Shown here: positions 37,544-46,259 of the stretch, in pieces | Numbering within the stretch: position 1 is the first letter of the stretch | Layout: every line of letters starts with the position of its first letter | Virus record (IMG/VR): IMGVR_UViG_3300003583_000001 | Span: 1 to 64,000 of that record | DNA from: a virus | DNA length: 64,000 nt | Direction: 5' to 3' (one strand) | Translations under genes and position numbers: made by a program | The notes under the pieces: model-generated | What the model was told of the DNA's origin: nothing | The model's database searches: none | What the model saw: only the letters and a program-made list of their open reading frames with translations

Positions 37544-38115
37544 TAGCGACTATAGAAGAGGTGGGCACCAATGCGCTGCTGGAATGTGTATGCTGCTGCC
37601 CAATATGGCTGAACGTAATGAGCATGATACCAAAGAGAATTATTAGTGTTATCGTATGCGTTATCATTATCTGGTCCTTCTTCTTCACGATTCATCATTG
37701 CGACTAGTGCGATAAGAAAGTCTTCCTCATAAGCAGCAGCATCTTTAATTCTATCAGTCTTACCATCGCAGTACCAAGAGAATTGGCACTTGTTGCGAAG
37801 TGGGTTGCCGTTCGAATCTCTCACTGCTTGATAAACAACTCCACAGATTGTATCTGGAAACGATTTATCTCTGGCACGATTGATGACCACGTTAGCAATC
37901 GCTTCTTTCTCATCGTCTTCTTGGTGCCTTGCTTCAAAGTAGATATTAGTTGCAAGACAATGCGCTTGGTCAATCACAGATGCGTCAGTCGTTTCATATA
38001 CTATATGAAATTGCTTATCTGGATTACCAGCAGTGCTTCTATCAGCAACGAGAGCGTAGGTTACCGCAGCCACCAGAGCAATCACGGACACCTTGTATGC
38101 TTTATTCATCACCAT
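37543..38115 (-). CDS. SleB-like cell wall hydrolase (Hydrolase_2) with N-terminal membrane anchor
   Basis: CLATNIYFEAR, VANVVINR, FPDTICGVVYQ, CQFSWYCDG and IGAHLFY. Confidence 0.92.
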   Translation of the reverse strand: MVMNKAYKVSVIALVAAVTYALVADRSTAGNPDKQFHIVYETTDASVIDQAHCLATNIYFEARHQEDDEKEAIANVVINRARDKSFPDTICGVVYQAVRDSNGNPLRNKCQFSWYCDGKTDRIKDAAAYEEDFLIALVAMMNREEEGPDNDNAYDNTNNSLWYHAHYVQPYWAAAYTFQQRIGAHLFYSR

Positions 38116-38257
38116 ACCACCAATCCATTTTGTTGAGATAGTCGTTTATCTGTTCGAGGGTCACCTCGATGATGTTATCTACACACGCCACGCTCTTGAT
38201 ATACTTCTGCATACCAAGGTCGATTTGGTCGTGAGAGGTGTAGTTAAACTTCATCAT
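38102..38257 (-). CDS. Hypothetical protein (51 aa)
   Basis: Hand translation MMKFNYTSHDQ...; TAATG coupling. Confidence 0.5.
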   Translation of the reverse strand: MMKFNYTSHDQIDLGMQKYIKSVACVDNIIEVTLEQINDYLNKMDWWYGDE

Positions 38258-38442
38258 TACGCTTTGTATCCCATGTTGTAAAGAATGTCTAGAATGCTAT
38301 CAATCGTTTCTCTGTCTGTAGCGAGGAGCTTTTGCTCTGATTCGCTGATGACTTTCTTGATAGCAGCGATTTGATCGTAACGATCTTCGTTTCCCTTCAG
38401 GGTTGCTGCTACCTGTGTTGCGAATTGATTGTGGGTGAACAT
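38257..38442 (-). CDS. Hypothetical early protein
   Basis: Follows a promoter, AAGGA RBS. Confidence 0.6.
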   Translation of the reverse strand: MFTHNQFATQVAATLKGNEDRYDQIAAIKKVISESEQKLLATDRETIDSILDILYNMGYKA

Positions 38443-38475
38443 TTTCGAATCCTTCTTTGCTGTGTTCATATCTAT

Positions 38476-38504
38476 AATATAAGCACTCTGACAGCAAATG
38501 TCAA
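38476..38504 (-). promoter_or_regulatory. Early sigma70 promoter (repeat family)
   Basis: TTGACA-tttgctgtcagagtgct-TATATT. Confidence 0.88.
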
Positions 38505-38524
38505 GGGTTTTTTTCAAAAAAAGA

Positions 38525-38911
38525 TTATTTTTTTGCACCCCGTCGAAACGCTTCTCGCTCAAGGCGCTTCTGCTCTAAATGCTCACGATGCTTGATACCA
38601 CGCTGACAAGCATCATATGCGCCAGGATTGGTTATATAGTCATTGCATTCGTGTTCTTGAGGATGAGGCAGATGATGATAGACAACGGTGTTAGTAGTCT
38701 TAGGCTTGTCCATATTCTCGCCTACTTTAGACCCCACAATAGCACCGACTACAGCACCACCCACAGTGGCAATGCCTCTACCAGAACCTTTGCCGATAGT
38801 ATTACCGAGAAGCCCTCCAGCAACGCCACCGATAACTGTACCGCTATCTTGGTTTGTCACACAAGCAGAAACTGCAAGAGCGAACGTAACAGTGAAAAAT
38901 ATTTTACGCAT
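38525..38911 (-). CDS. Glycine-zipper outer-membrane lipoprotein (17-kDa antigen type)
   Basis: Lipobox VSAC and GTVIGGVAGGLLGNTIGKGSGRGIATVGGAVVGAIVGSKVG. Confidence 0.88.
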   Translation of the reverse strand: MRKIFFTVTFALAVSACVTNQDSGTVIGGVAGGLLGNTIGKGSGRGIATVGGAVVGAIVGSKVGENMDKPKTTNTVVYHHLPHPQEHECNDYITNPGAYDACQRGIKHREHLEQKRLEREAFRRGAKK

Positions 38912-39156
38912 TAGATTTCCATTTCTATTTCGTAGTCTTCGATTACAGAGTGAGCAAGCAATCCCTCACACATTTCTCTGACCCGCTGTTCAGCGATTGC
39001 TGGGTCATCAATATCAACATCAACTTCGATAAACTTGCCTTGACGGATTTCATTTACACCAGTGATACCCGCTTGGCTAAGAGCCATTTCAACTCCTTTG
39101 CCATGCGGGTCACGAGTGACAAATGTCTTCAAACGAATAAAGACATTTGCTTTCAT
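38911..39156 (-). CDS. purS: PurS (copy 2)
   Basis: RDPHGKGVEMAL...IRQGKFIEV...MCEGLLAHSVIEDYEI. Confidence 0.9.
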   Translation of the reverse strand: MKANVFIRLKTFVTRDPHGKGVEMALSQAGITGVNEIRQGKFIEVDVDIDDPAIAEQRVREMCEGLLAHSVIEDYEIEMEI

Positions 39157-40106
39157 TATTCAGCGTCAGCGTATTCTAACGCTTTCTCTAAAGCATTCAT
39201 CTTCTTCTTCTGGTTCGCACCAAACCAAGCAGACTGCATACGAGTATCGTTTGAGCGACCAGCAACGTGGTCAGTGAAGTAGGTCACTGCATTGTAAGCA
39301 GTCCACCAGGAGCCTTCAGCATACTCAGCACCAGGCTGAGTCTCAACCAACTCACGAACAGTCTCACCCGTGCGAGTGAGGTCACCCTTCGTACCAGTCT
39401 TAGTACCGAACAGTTCAGTGAGATACTCATCAAGAGAAGGAGCGTTGTAACGCTTCGAACCAAGATACTGAGCCATCTCACGATACTGGTCCATCTTGCT
39501 GTGAGCGATACCAAGAGTAGCCTTGACGCTTTCAGCATCAAACGCTTTACGGTGGTTCAACTTTACAGCATTCTCAGCAGTCTTGCCGAGAGAGTATGTC
39601 AGCGTATTGTTACACACCACACGAATAGGAGTGAAGCGAATATCAATCGACTTACCATACTGATGAGGGTTAGAGAACAGCAGGAACGATTCAACCTTGT
39701 CTCCGTTGAAGAGTTCAAAATCATCTTCGACCTTGGCGAGCGCCCAGACAATCTGACCATCTTTGAGAGAGCCAGCAGTGTGCATTTTCATATCACCTGC
39801 TTCAACAAACTCATTGAAGAACTCAAACGCTTCAGAGTTCTGCACTGGGTTCCAGTTAGCACCAACCTGAGTTAGCACCTTACTGTCAATGTCACGCACG
39901 AGCGCTTTTGAACCAGTCGGAATCTTCTCACCGTTGAACTCGACGAAAGATTCGAGTTCTTCAACACGCCAGTCGAGACCAGCGAGCGCCATCATATCCA
40001 TAGCAGAAGTGTCTTCAGGCACTTTAACACCCAGACCATGCCAAGGAACATCCCCAACATATGCCATCTGCGCTTCACCGTTTACGATTTCAAGTTCGTG
40101 AGCCAT
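39156..40106 (-). CDS. DUF932-family protein
   Basis: MAHE...PWHGLG...TPIRVVCNNTL...WTAYNAVT. Confidence 0.88.
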   Translation of the reverse strand: MAHELEIVNGEAQMAYVGDVPWHGLGVKVPEDTSAMDMMALAGLDWRVEELESFVEFNGEKIPTGSKALVRDIDSKVLTQVGANWNPVQNSEAFEFFNEFVEAGDMKMHTAGSLKDGQIVWALAKVEDDFELFNGDKVESFLLFSNPHQYGKSIDIRFTPIRVVCNNTLTYSLGKTAENAVKLNHRKAFDAESVKATLGIAHSKMDQYREMAQYLGSKRYNAPSLDEYLTELFGTKTGTKGDLTRTGETVRELVETQPGAEYAEGSWWTAYNAVTYFTDHVAGRSNDTRMQSAWFGANQKKKMNALEKALEYADAE

Positions 40107-40140
40107 TTTCTTTCTTCCTTTTCAATCATTCAATATACAT

Positions 40141-40169
40141 ATTGTAACAGTTTTCAAAACAAAAGTCAA
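40141..40169 (-). promoter_or_regulatory. sigma70 promoter for the DUF932 operon
   Basis: TTGACT-N17-TACAAT. Confidence 0.8.
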
Positions 40170-40198
40170 CCACTTTTGTGACTTTTATTTCAAAAAAG

Positions 40199-40546
40199 TT
40201 ACGCTGTATGCCAACTGTCTTCATGTTCGTATTCGACGTATTCAGCACCATCATATTCACTGGTGCCGTTGATGCGAAACTTTCGCCCAGCATCTACCCA
40301 GACTATATCTAGATGTCCGGCACCACTGGTGCAAACATACGTCCATTCATCGACCTCATAGACGCTATCTTCGGACTTGATATACGCTTCAATCTCGTCA
40401 CGCTTATCTTCCAAAACCAGTTTGACAATCTCAGCGTCAAACATCATCCAGCCGCCATAGTCTTCGTTCCAGGTACTCCAACCAGCGGTGCCATGGCTCA
40501 CTAGCACAGCAACCTTGCCGTCTTCACGGATATATTTTTCGATCAT
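40199..40546 (-). CDS. Hypothetical early protein
   Basis: GKVAVLVSHGTAGWSTWN...EYDGAE. Confidence 0.7.
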   Translation of the reverse strand: MIEKYIREDGKVAVLVSHGTAGWSTWNEDYGGWMMFDAEIVKLVLEDKRDEIEAYIKSEDSVYEVDEWTYVCTSGAGHLDIVWVDAGRKFRINGTSEYDGAEYVEYEHEDSWHTA

Positions 40547-40573
40547 GTCACTTCCTTTCATTGTCATAACTAT

Positions 40574-40602
40574 AATATAAGCATTCTGGCGGCAAATGTC
40601 AA
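40574..40602 (-). promoter_or_regulatory. Early sigma70 promoter (repeat family)
   Basis: TTGACA-tttgccgccagaatgct-TATATT. Confidence 0.88.
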
Positions 40603-40630
40603 GCACTTTTTTGAAGTTTTTTTAAAAAAA

Positions 40631-41068
40631 TTATTCCTCACCGTCTAGGATGGCTAGAAACTCATTATAGTATGTGATTGGGTCTGTATCAAACTCTTCC
40701 ATTGGAATAACTTCTTCGATGTTATTGTGTAGAGGGTGGTGGTTTCCTTGCATTCTCATGATTAAGGCTTTCGTGCATTCTACCATCAGAGCAGCATCAT
40801 ACCCTAGTTTCTCATCCTTGTTGATATTGAATCCCATATCTCGTAGCGAACCCAGTGTCTGCACAAGAACTTCAGTAGCAATGTCAATCGCTACTTCTAC
40901 CTGCTCCTCTCGAATTCGCTCGTGTAGTTGCTCTCTGTTCTGAGGAGGCTCAAAGTCTGATGACATTCGTTTTGGAAAGAAAATAACATTTGATGCGATG
41001 GCTTCATTGTCCAACGTAAACTCCACCTCGCCAATTTCTGGGTCATCTGGTGTAAAAGTAATATCCAT
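40631..41068 (-). CDS. Acidic hypothetical protein
   Basis: SNVIFFPK motif, AGGAG RBS. Confidence 0.7.
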   Translation of the reverse strand: MDITFTPDDPEIGEVEFTLDNEAIASNVIFFPKRMSSDFEPPQNREQLHERIREEQVEVAIDIATEVLVQTLGSLRDMGFNINKDEKLGYDAALMVECTKALIMRMQGNHHPLHNNIEEVIPMEEFDTDPITYYNEFLAILDGEE

Positions 41069-41132
41069 TATTCTCTCCTATATCGCTCGTATGTAAAAGT
41101 AATGTTCATTATTCTCTCCTATATCGCTCGTA
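41051..41132. repeat. 41-bp tandem duplication spanning a gene junction
   Basis: 41051-41091 and 41092-41132 match at 39 of 41 positions. Confidence 0.92.
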
Positions 41133-41817
41133 GTAAAACACAGTCGCCATTGATACGACCTGTTGCAATACCTGGCTTTGTTTTGATTTCACTAAACGCT
41201 TTGATAGAACGAAGTTTAGTAGATATTAGCACACTACTAAGAATTTCGGGTTTGCGAACCTTCTTCTTGAATGATTTATCCTCATCGAAGTTCTGTAGGG
41301 TCGTACCCTTTACAGATAGCTTCTCACCTTCTTTTGCTTGGTAGATAAACAAGTCACGATACTTCGTATTGAAAACGAATAGTACCTCGCTCTGAGGAAT
41401 GACGATAGGATCAATGCTATTCAGCTTGAAGTCGCCATCAGACTGTTTGTATTTGAGTTTTGAAACAATCTTCTCGGATGACACCTTGCGCTTCACCCGC
41501 ACCTTCTTCTTGCTTGCAGCATAAGAATTAGCGTCTTCGACAAGAGTAGTCACAAATGCGAGAAACTTCTTTCGTTGTGGGAGTTTGAGATAATCGTATG
41601 ATTCAACGAGGTCAGGAGTTTTATCCTCAACCAACTCTCGTAGCTCTTCCTGCAAGCGAGAATAATATTCAGCAATCTTAGCTGCATACTTCTTTGCTGG
41701 CTTCAGAACAATCAGCCTACGATACAGACTGAATTTGGACTTAGCAAAATCGTCGATGGCATTTTCACATTCGCACATCAGTTGATCATAAGTCATCTGA
41801 GATTTGTTCATCGTCAT
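41119..41817 (-). CDS. Conserved T4-like hypothetical protein
   Basis: KLKY...SIDP...FNTKYR...VKGTTL...KKVRKPE...GRINGD. Confidence 0.8.
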   Translation of the reverse strand: MTMNKSQMTYDQLMCECENAIDDFAKSKFSLYRRLIVLKPAKKYAAKIAEYYSRLQEELRELVEDKTPDLVESYDYLKLPQRKKFLAFVTTLVEDANSYAASKKKVRVKRKVSSEKIVSKLKYKQSDGDFKLNSIDPIVIPQSEVLFVFNTKYRDLFIYQAKEGEKLSVKGTTLQNFDEDKSFKKKVRKPEILSSVLISTKLRSIKAFSEIKTKPGIATGRINGDCVLLRAI

Positions 41818-41840
41818 TCCTTTTCGTTTCTGATATATCT

Positions 41841-41869
41841 AATATAATCATTTTAGAAACGAATGTCAA
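41841..41869 (-). promoter_or_regulatory. Early sigma70 promoter
   Basis: TTGACA-ttcgtttctaaaatgat-TATATT. Confidence 0.82.
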
Positions 41870-42282
41870 CCCTTTTTTAAAGATTTTACATGAGAGCGGT
41901 GAATTTTGCAGTTGATGATACCATTGAGATATGAGTCATCTAGCAGAACGTTTCTATCAAACTGCTCTTTAGCCTCTAGATAACCCATCTCTCCCTTGGA
42001 CATACAAAGGTAAAGAATATCACGGCGAAACGCCTCTCTACCATTTTCTAGTAGAAGACTCTTCACCAACTCAGAACTACCAAAATAGTCTTGCCAATCG
42101 GACTCAACTATCTTACGTCTTTTGCGAGTCTTACCTTTGAGTGGAGGTAAGGTCTTCTTAGACCAAAATAGCTTCTTACCAACATACTTTTTATCAGTAT
42201 CTAATTGTGTAATAATATAAACGAATCCGATATAATCTTCAGGTATATCTAAGAATTCTTCACCATTGTAAAACCATGTTAT
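41866..42282 (-). CDS. GIY-YIG (Seg-like) endonuclease with probable ATA start
   Basis: Frame reads (I)TWFYNGEEF...GFVYIIT...KYVGKK...SDWQDYFGSS; the ORF track shows only the last 67 aa. Confidence 0.8.
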   Translation of the reverse strand: MTWFYNGEEFLDIPEDYIGFVYIITQLDTDKKYVGKKLFWSKKTLPPLKGKTRKRRKIVESDWQDYFGSSELVKSLLLENGREAFRRDILYLCMSKGEMGYLEAKEQFDRNVLLDDSYLNGIINCKIHRSHVKSLKKG

Positions 42283-42422
42283 TCTACCGTCTCCTCGTCA
42301 TCAATCAACGTATCATCGCCACAGAAAGGGCAATAGAGAACTTCATCATATAGTTCGTGTTTGATAGTGAATACCGCTCCACACGAATCGCAAGTATGCT
42401 CTACATTATATTCATCATCCAT
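42279..42422 (-). CDS. Small Zn-ribbon protein (47 aa)
   Basis: Hand translation ...CDSCG...YCPFCG. Confidence 0.75.
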   Translation of the reverse strand: MDDEYNVEHTCDSCGAVFTIKHELYDEVLYCPFCGDDTLIDDEETVE

Positions 42423-43380
42423 TACTCTGTCCCCAAACATCTTCCCAAGAACCACTCAGTGCTGCGGTAGCGTAGTCGGTAGAACGATTCTCGAAGAAGT
42501 TTGTGTGAGTAGGAGCGTTAATCATTTCCTCTACCCACGGCAAAGGATTCTTCTTGACTTTGAAGATGCCTCTCATACCCATAGAAATCAAACGACGGTC
42601 AGCGATGTAACGAATATATTGCTTGACTTCTGCTGCTGTGAGATTCTCCATCTCACCCATCTGAAATGCTAGGTCAACGAAATCGTCTTCAAGTTCTACC
42701 ATCTTCTCTGCGATAGAATAGATTTGACCCTTCGTATCATCATTCCAAAGTTCTGGTTTCTCTTCAAGGTATGAACGAAACAAAGCAATGATGCCTTCGG
42801 CGTGCATCGTTTCATCAACGATAGACCAAGTAACAATCTGACCCATGCCCTTCATCTTACCATGACGAGGAAAGTTCAGTAGCATAATGAACGAACTGAA
42901 TAGTGCTAGTCCTTCAGTGAATGCAGAGATTGCAGCCATCTTGACTGGTAGCACTGCTTCGTTATCTACCTTAGCCATAAAGTATTCATGCTTCTCACGC
43001 ATAGCATCATACTCTAGGAACTCATTGTATGTGCTTTCTGGCATACCAAGAGTTTCGATTAGATGTGAATATGCAGCGATATGGATTGCTTCACGAGCAG
43101 CAAATCCCATAAGCATCATACGGACTTCTGGTTGAGGAAAGTGTGGCAGGTAGTTTTTAACGTAACCACCTGCCACGTCGATATCGGATTGCGTAAAGAA
43201 CCGAAAGATTTGTACAAGAAAATATTTTTCGGCGCTTGATAAACGATTACGCCAGTCTTTGATATCTTCCATCATCGGCACTTCACCATGCAACCAATGA
43301 GATTGCTCGTGCTTTAACCATAGATCATACATTTTAGGATAGTTAAATGGCTTAAAATAAAGCCTCTCATCGGTTAGCAT
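42415..43380 (-). CDS. nrdB: Ribonucleotide reductase class Ia beta subunit
   Basis: FFTQSDIDV, EAIHIAAYS, WSIVDETMH and NFFE. Confidence 0.96.
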   Translation of the reverse strand: MLTDERLYFKPFNYPKMYDLWLKHEQSHWLHGEVPMMEDIKDWRNRLSSAEKYFLVQIFRFFTQSDIDVAGGYVKNYLPHFPQPEVRMMLMGFAAREAIHIAAYSHLIETLGMPESTYNEFLEYDAMREKHEYFMAKVDNEAVLPVKMAAISAFTEGLALFSSFIMLLNFPRHGKMKGMGQIVTWSIVDETMHAEGIIALFRSYLEEKPELWNDDTKGQIYSIAEKMVELEDDFVDLAFQMGEMENLTAAEVKQYIRYIADRRLISMGMRGIFKVKKNPLPWVEEMINAPTHTNFFENRSTDYATAALSGSWEDVWGQSNG

Positions 43381-43387
43381 ATGTTTT

Positions 43388-43549
43388 TTAGCCTTTCATG
43401 ATTAGTGTATATGCGCCATAGGCAAGAGCGCAACCGGCGACAATCTTAACAACTGTTACTGGCAATAGAAGCAGTACAAGACCACCGACAACCATTACTG
43501 TGCCGTCTAGTGTAGTACGCTCTGACATTCGATCTTTAAACCATTGCAT
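43388..43549 (-). CDS. Small two-TM membrane protein (53 aa)
   Basis: MQWFKDRMSERTTLDGTVMVVGG...; AAGGAG RBS. Confidence 0.7.
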   Translation of the reverse strand: MQWFKDRMSERTTLDGTVMVVGGLVLLLLPVTVVKIVAGCALAYGAYTLIMKG

Positions 43550-43560
43550 TGTAGTTCTCC

Positions 43561-43710
43561 TTACTTTTTGATTGGAGTTGGGGTTTCGGGTACTGTAGCT
43601 GCTGGTACTGACTTCTCTACAAAGGAACTTTTAATATCAGCTCCAAATATATACACAACACCAACAACGACTGCTACGAATACCAGTCCAGCAATAACGA
43701 TTTTATTCAT
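43561..43710 (-). CDS. Small membrane protein (49 aa)
   Basis: MNKIVIAGLVFVAVVGVVYIFG...; AGGAG RBS. Confidence 0.6.
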   Translation of the reverse strand: MNKIVIAGLVFVAVVVGVVYIFGADIKSSFVEKSVPAATVPETPTPIKK

Positions 43711-43948
43711 CGTCATCTCCTTTCTTTAGGAGGTCTATGCTCTCTTTGAGACCAGTATAACCTCCCGCTAGTAAATTTTCATTAACAAAAATCTGAGGGA
43801 CTGTACGAAGATTGTATTCAGCCATGAGGTCAAAACTATCAGCCAAGTCAACCTCGGTATAGTCTAACCCATTATCCCTCAGAAGTTTCTTTGCGGCTTC
43901 GCAATAAGTACACCAATCTGATGTAACTATTTTAATGTTCATTAGCAA
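43703..43948 (-). CDS. nrdC: Glutaredoxin
   Basis: WCTYC, TVPQIF and GGY. Confidence 0.93.
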   Translation of the reverse strand: MLMNIKIVTSDWCTYCEAAKKLLRDNGLDYTEVDLADSFDLMAEYNLRTVPQIFVNENLLAGGYTGLKESIDLLKKGDDDE

Positions 43949-44426
43949 CTCTTTTATCGTCTTCAGAGCGAGGCTTCAATGCGACCCCGTTGAGGTTTTT
44001 AATCAACCTCTCAATCAAATATCTCTTCCATTTTGAAATAGGATACTTCACTGTTTCGGAATCAACCATCATCAAAAACAGTTCGTTGATAGCTTCTTCT
44101 GCTTCCTTTGATATTTCGTTTACCTTATTAACTTCATTATAACAACGAAGTTTCCACGCTAGATAGTCATATGTAACATACGCCTTCCTAGCAAAATCAA
44201 TATCAAGCAACTGCTTCAAACCAGGAGCCATTGGCATACAGTATGGTTTGTAGATGAATCCCTCTGGAACAGTGAGACGAACCCAACGATACGGATGCAC
44301 ACCAATTTCTTTGAGTACTGGCACAAACTTTTTAACAGCTTTATCTTCAAACGATAGCTTCTCAGTTAGTTCATAACCAACCTTTGGTGTGTTCCACGAA
44401 GTCTTCGTATCTTCAGTCATAAACAT
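43932..44426 (-). CDS. Hypothetical protein, degenerate DUF1353-like
   Basis: LTVPEGF...KAYVTYDYL...F...M...ISKWKR pattern. Confidence 0.5.
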   Translation of the reverse strand: MFMTEDTKTSWNTPKVGYELTEKLSFEDKAVKKFVPVLKEIGVHPYRWVRLTVPEGFIYKPYCMPMAPGLKQLLDIDFARKAYVTYDYLAWKLRCYNEVNKVNEISKEAEEAINELFLMMVDSETVKYPISKWKRYLIERLIKNLNGVALKPRSEDDKRVANEH

Positions 44427-44445
44427 TATAACGCTCCTTTAATCA

Positions 44446-46236
44446 TCAACCCTCACAGGCAATACAATCTTCACCCATAGCAAGGGCAGTCATATCTAGT
44501 TCTTGAATAACTTGCCTTTCAATACGACGAGACACTTTGTCTGCTTTACCAATCTTTTCAGACCGGCAATAGTACATCGTTTTCAGACCCTTTTTCCACG
44601 CTAAGAAATGAACAGCGTGTAAGTATTTCACATTTGCGTCTGGCCGAAAGAATACGTTCAGAGACTGTGCTTGGTCAATAAACATCTGTCTATCAGCAGC
44701 GTGTTCGATAACCCAACGCTGGTCAATTTCCATTGCTGTCTTATATATATCTTTCTCGTAATCAGAAAGAAACTTCACATGCTGTACAGAACCTTCGTGT
44801 GCAATTATCGATGACCAAACTCTATCATAGTTGATTGAAGGGTCTTCGTCAATCTTTTTCTTGATTAAAGCGTCAAGAAACTTATTTTTATTTAGAAATG
44901 AACCACTTAGTGTGTCTTGCCTGTATGCATTAGCTCTCCAAGGCTCGACAGAAGGAGATGTATTGCCCATAATGATGGAAGAAGATGCATTAGGAGCAAC
45001 AGCCATAACGTGACTGCAACGACGACCAGTACCCTTAGCATCAGGTGCTTCTCCTCTGCTCTTACCCAGCTTCAAATTTGCTACGTCTAGGCCTTCTCTG
45101 ATATGCTTGAAAATACGCATGTTGAGAGACTTAGCAACAGCAGATTCGAATGCAGTATTTCTCTTCTGAAGATATGCATGGAACCCAAGAGCGCCTACAC
45201 CAACTGACCGTTCTCGCATAGCAGAGTATTTAGCTCTTGAAACAAAATCAGGTGCATCATTGATAAACTTTTGTAAGACGTTATCAAGCATCTCTAGAAC
45301 ATCTTCTAGAAACTGTTCATTCTGAGACCATTCATCATAATGCTCCAAATTCAAAGACGATAAGCAGCAAACAGCAGTGCGGTCATTGTCTGTAGGTAGT
45401 GTAATCTCAGAGCAGAGATTTGATTGTCTAACCTTCAAACCCTTATCTTTGAGCCAAGATGGAAGATAGCGATTTGACGTATCAATATAGTGAATGTATG
45501 GCTCACCAGTTTGCATACGCATTTCAAGAATACGCTGCCACAACTCACGAGCAGGCACAACTTCTCTAACTTCATCAGTCTCTGGTTCTTTGAGTTCCCA
45601 ACTATCATCTGCGTTTGGATCAAGCATAGACTTCTCTACAAGATTCATAAACTTGTCAGAGATATTGATGCCGTGATGAAGATTGAGACAACGAAAGTTC
45701 TGGTCGCCAGTAGGCTTTCTCATCTCAAGGAACAACAGAATATCTGGATGGTCAATATCAAGATAAGCAGCATAAGAACCACGACGAGTCTTGCCCTGAC
45801 GATACGCAAGAGAAGAAGCGTCATACATCTTTAGATGTGGGAGGACGCCCGTAGACTTATCACCAGCAGAACGAATGCCAAACCCAACACCCACGCCACC
45901 GCCAAGCATACTAAGCCAGTTAGTTTCAGAAAGCGTATCAACTAATCCCTCCGCAGTATCTGGAATCCAATTCAAGTAGCATGAAATAGGTAATCCTTTC
46001 GATGATTTACCATAAGATAAAATAGGTGTAGAATAACTTAGCCAATGATTTGATGAGTATTCATATAGCCGTTGAGCATGTTCAGGATTCGAACCAAATG
46101 TTTTAGAAACAAAAGCAAATCGTTCTTGTGGGCTTAATTCATCATCAGCCATGTATGACTCTTTAAGACGACGAATACCCAACTCATCAAATAGTTGGTC
46201 TTTATTTGGGCTAACTGTAATTCCCATATGTTCCAT
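44446..46236 (-). CDS. nrdA: Ribonucleotide reductase class Ia alpha subunit (short form, no ATP cone)
   Basis: PISCY, SNLCSEI, AVCCLSS, APNASSS, YY and C-terminal CIACEG. Confidence 0.96.
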   Translation of the reverse strand: MEHMGITVSPNKDQLFDELGIRRLKESYMADDELSPQERFAFVSKTFGSNPEHAQRLYEYSSNHWLSYSTPILSYGKSSKGLPISCYLNWIPDTAEGLVDTLSETNWLSMLGGGVGVGFGIRSAGDKSTGVLPHLKMYDASSLAYRQGKTRRGSYAAYLDIDHPDILLFLEMRKPTGDQNFRCLNLHHGINISDKFMNLVEKSMLDPNADDSWELKEPETDEVREVVPARELWQRILEMRMQTGEPYIHYIDTSNRYLPSWLKDKGLKVRQSNLCSEITLPTDNDRTAVCCLSSLNLEHYDEWSQNEQFLEDVLEMLDNVLQKFINDAPDFVSRAKYSAMRERSVGVGALGFHAYLQKRNTAFESAVAKSLNMRIFKHIREGLDVANLKLGKSRGEAPDAKGTGRRCSHVMAVAPNASSSIIMGNTSPSVEPWRANAYRQDTLSGSFLNKNKFLDALIKKKIDEDPSINYDRVWSSIIAHEGSVQHVKFLSDYEKDIYKTAMEIDQRWVIEHAADRQMFIDQAQSLNVFFRPDANVKYLHAVHFLAWKKGLKTMYYCRSEKIGKADKVSRRIERQVIQELDMTALAMGEDCIACEG

Positions 46237-46259
46237 TTTTTCCTATTCCTTTATGTCTT

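Noticed and set aside
39267-39875. 202-aa plus-strand ORF
   Set aside because: Antisense to the DUF932 gene, with no RBS or motifs; explained by codon bias.
44446-46236. Short NrdA as a truncation or intron/intein-split gene
   Set aside because: All catalytic motifs and the C-terminal CxxC are in one frame; ATP-cone-less NrdA is a known form.
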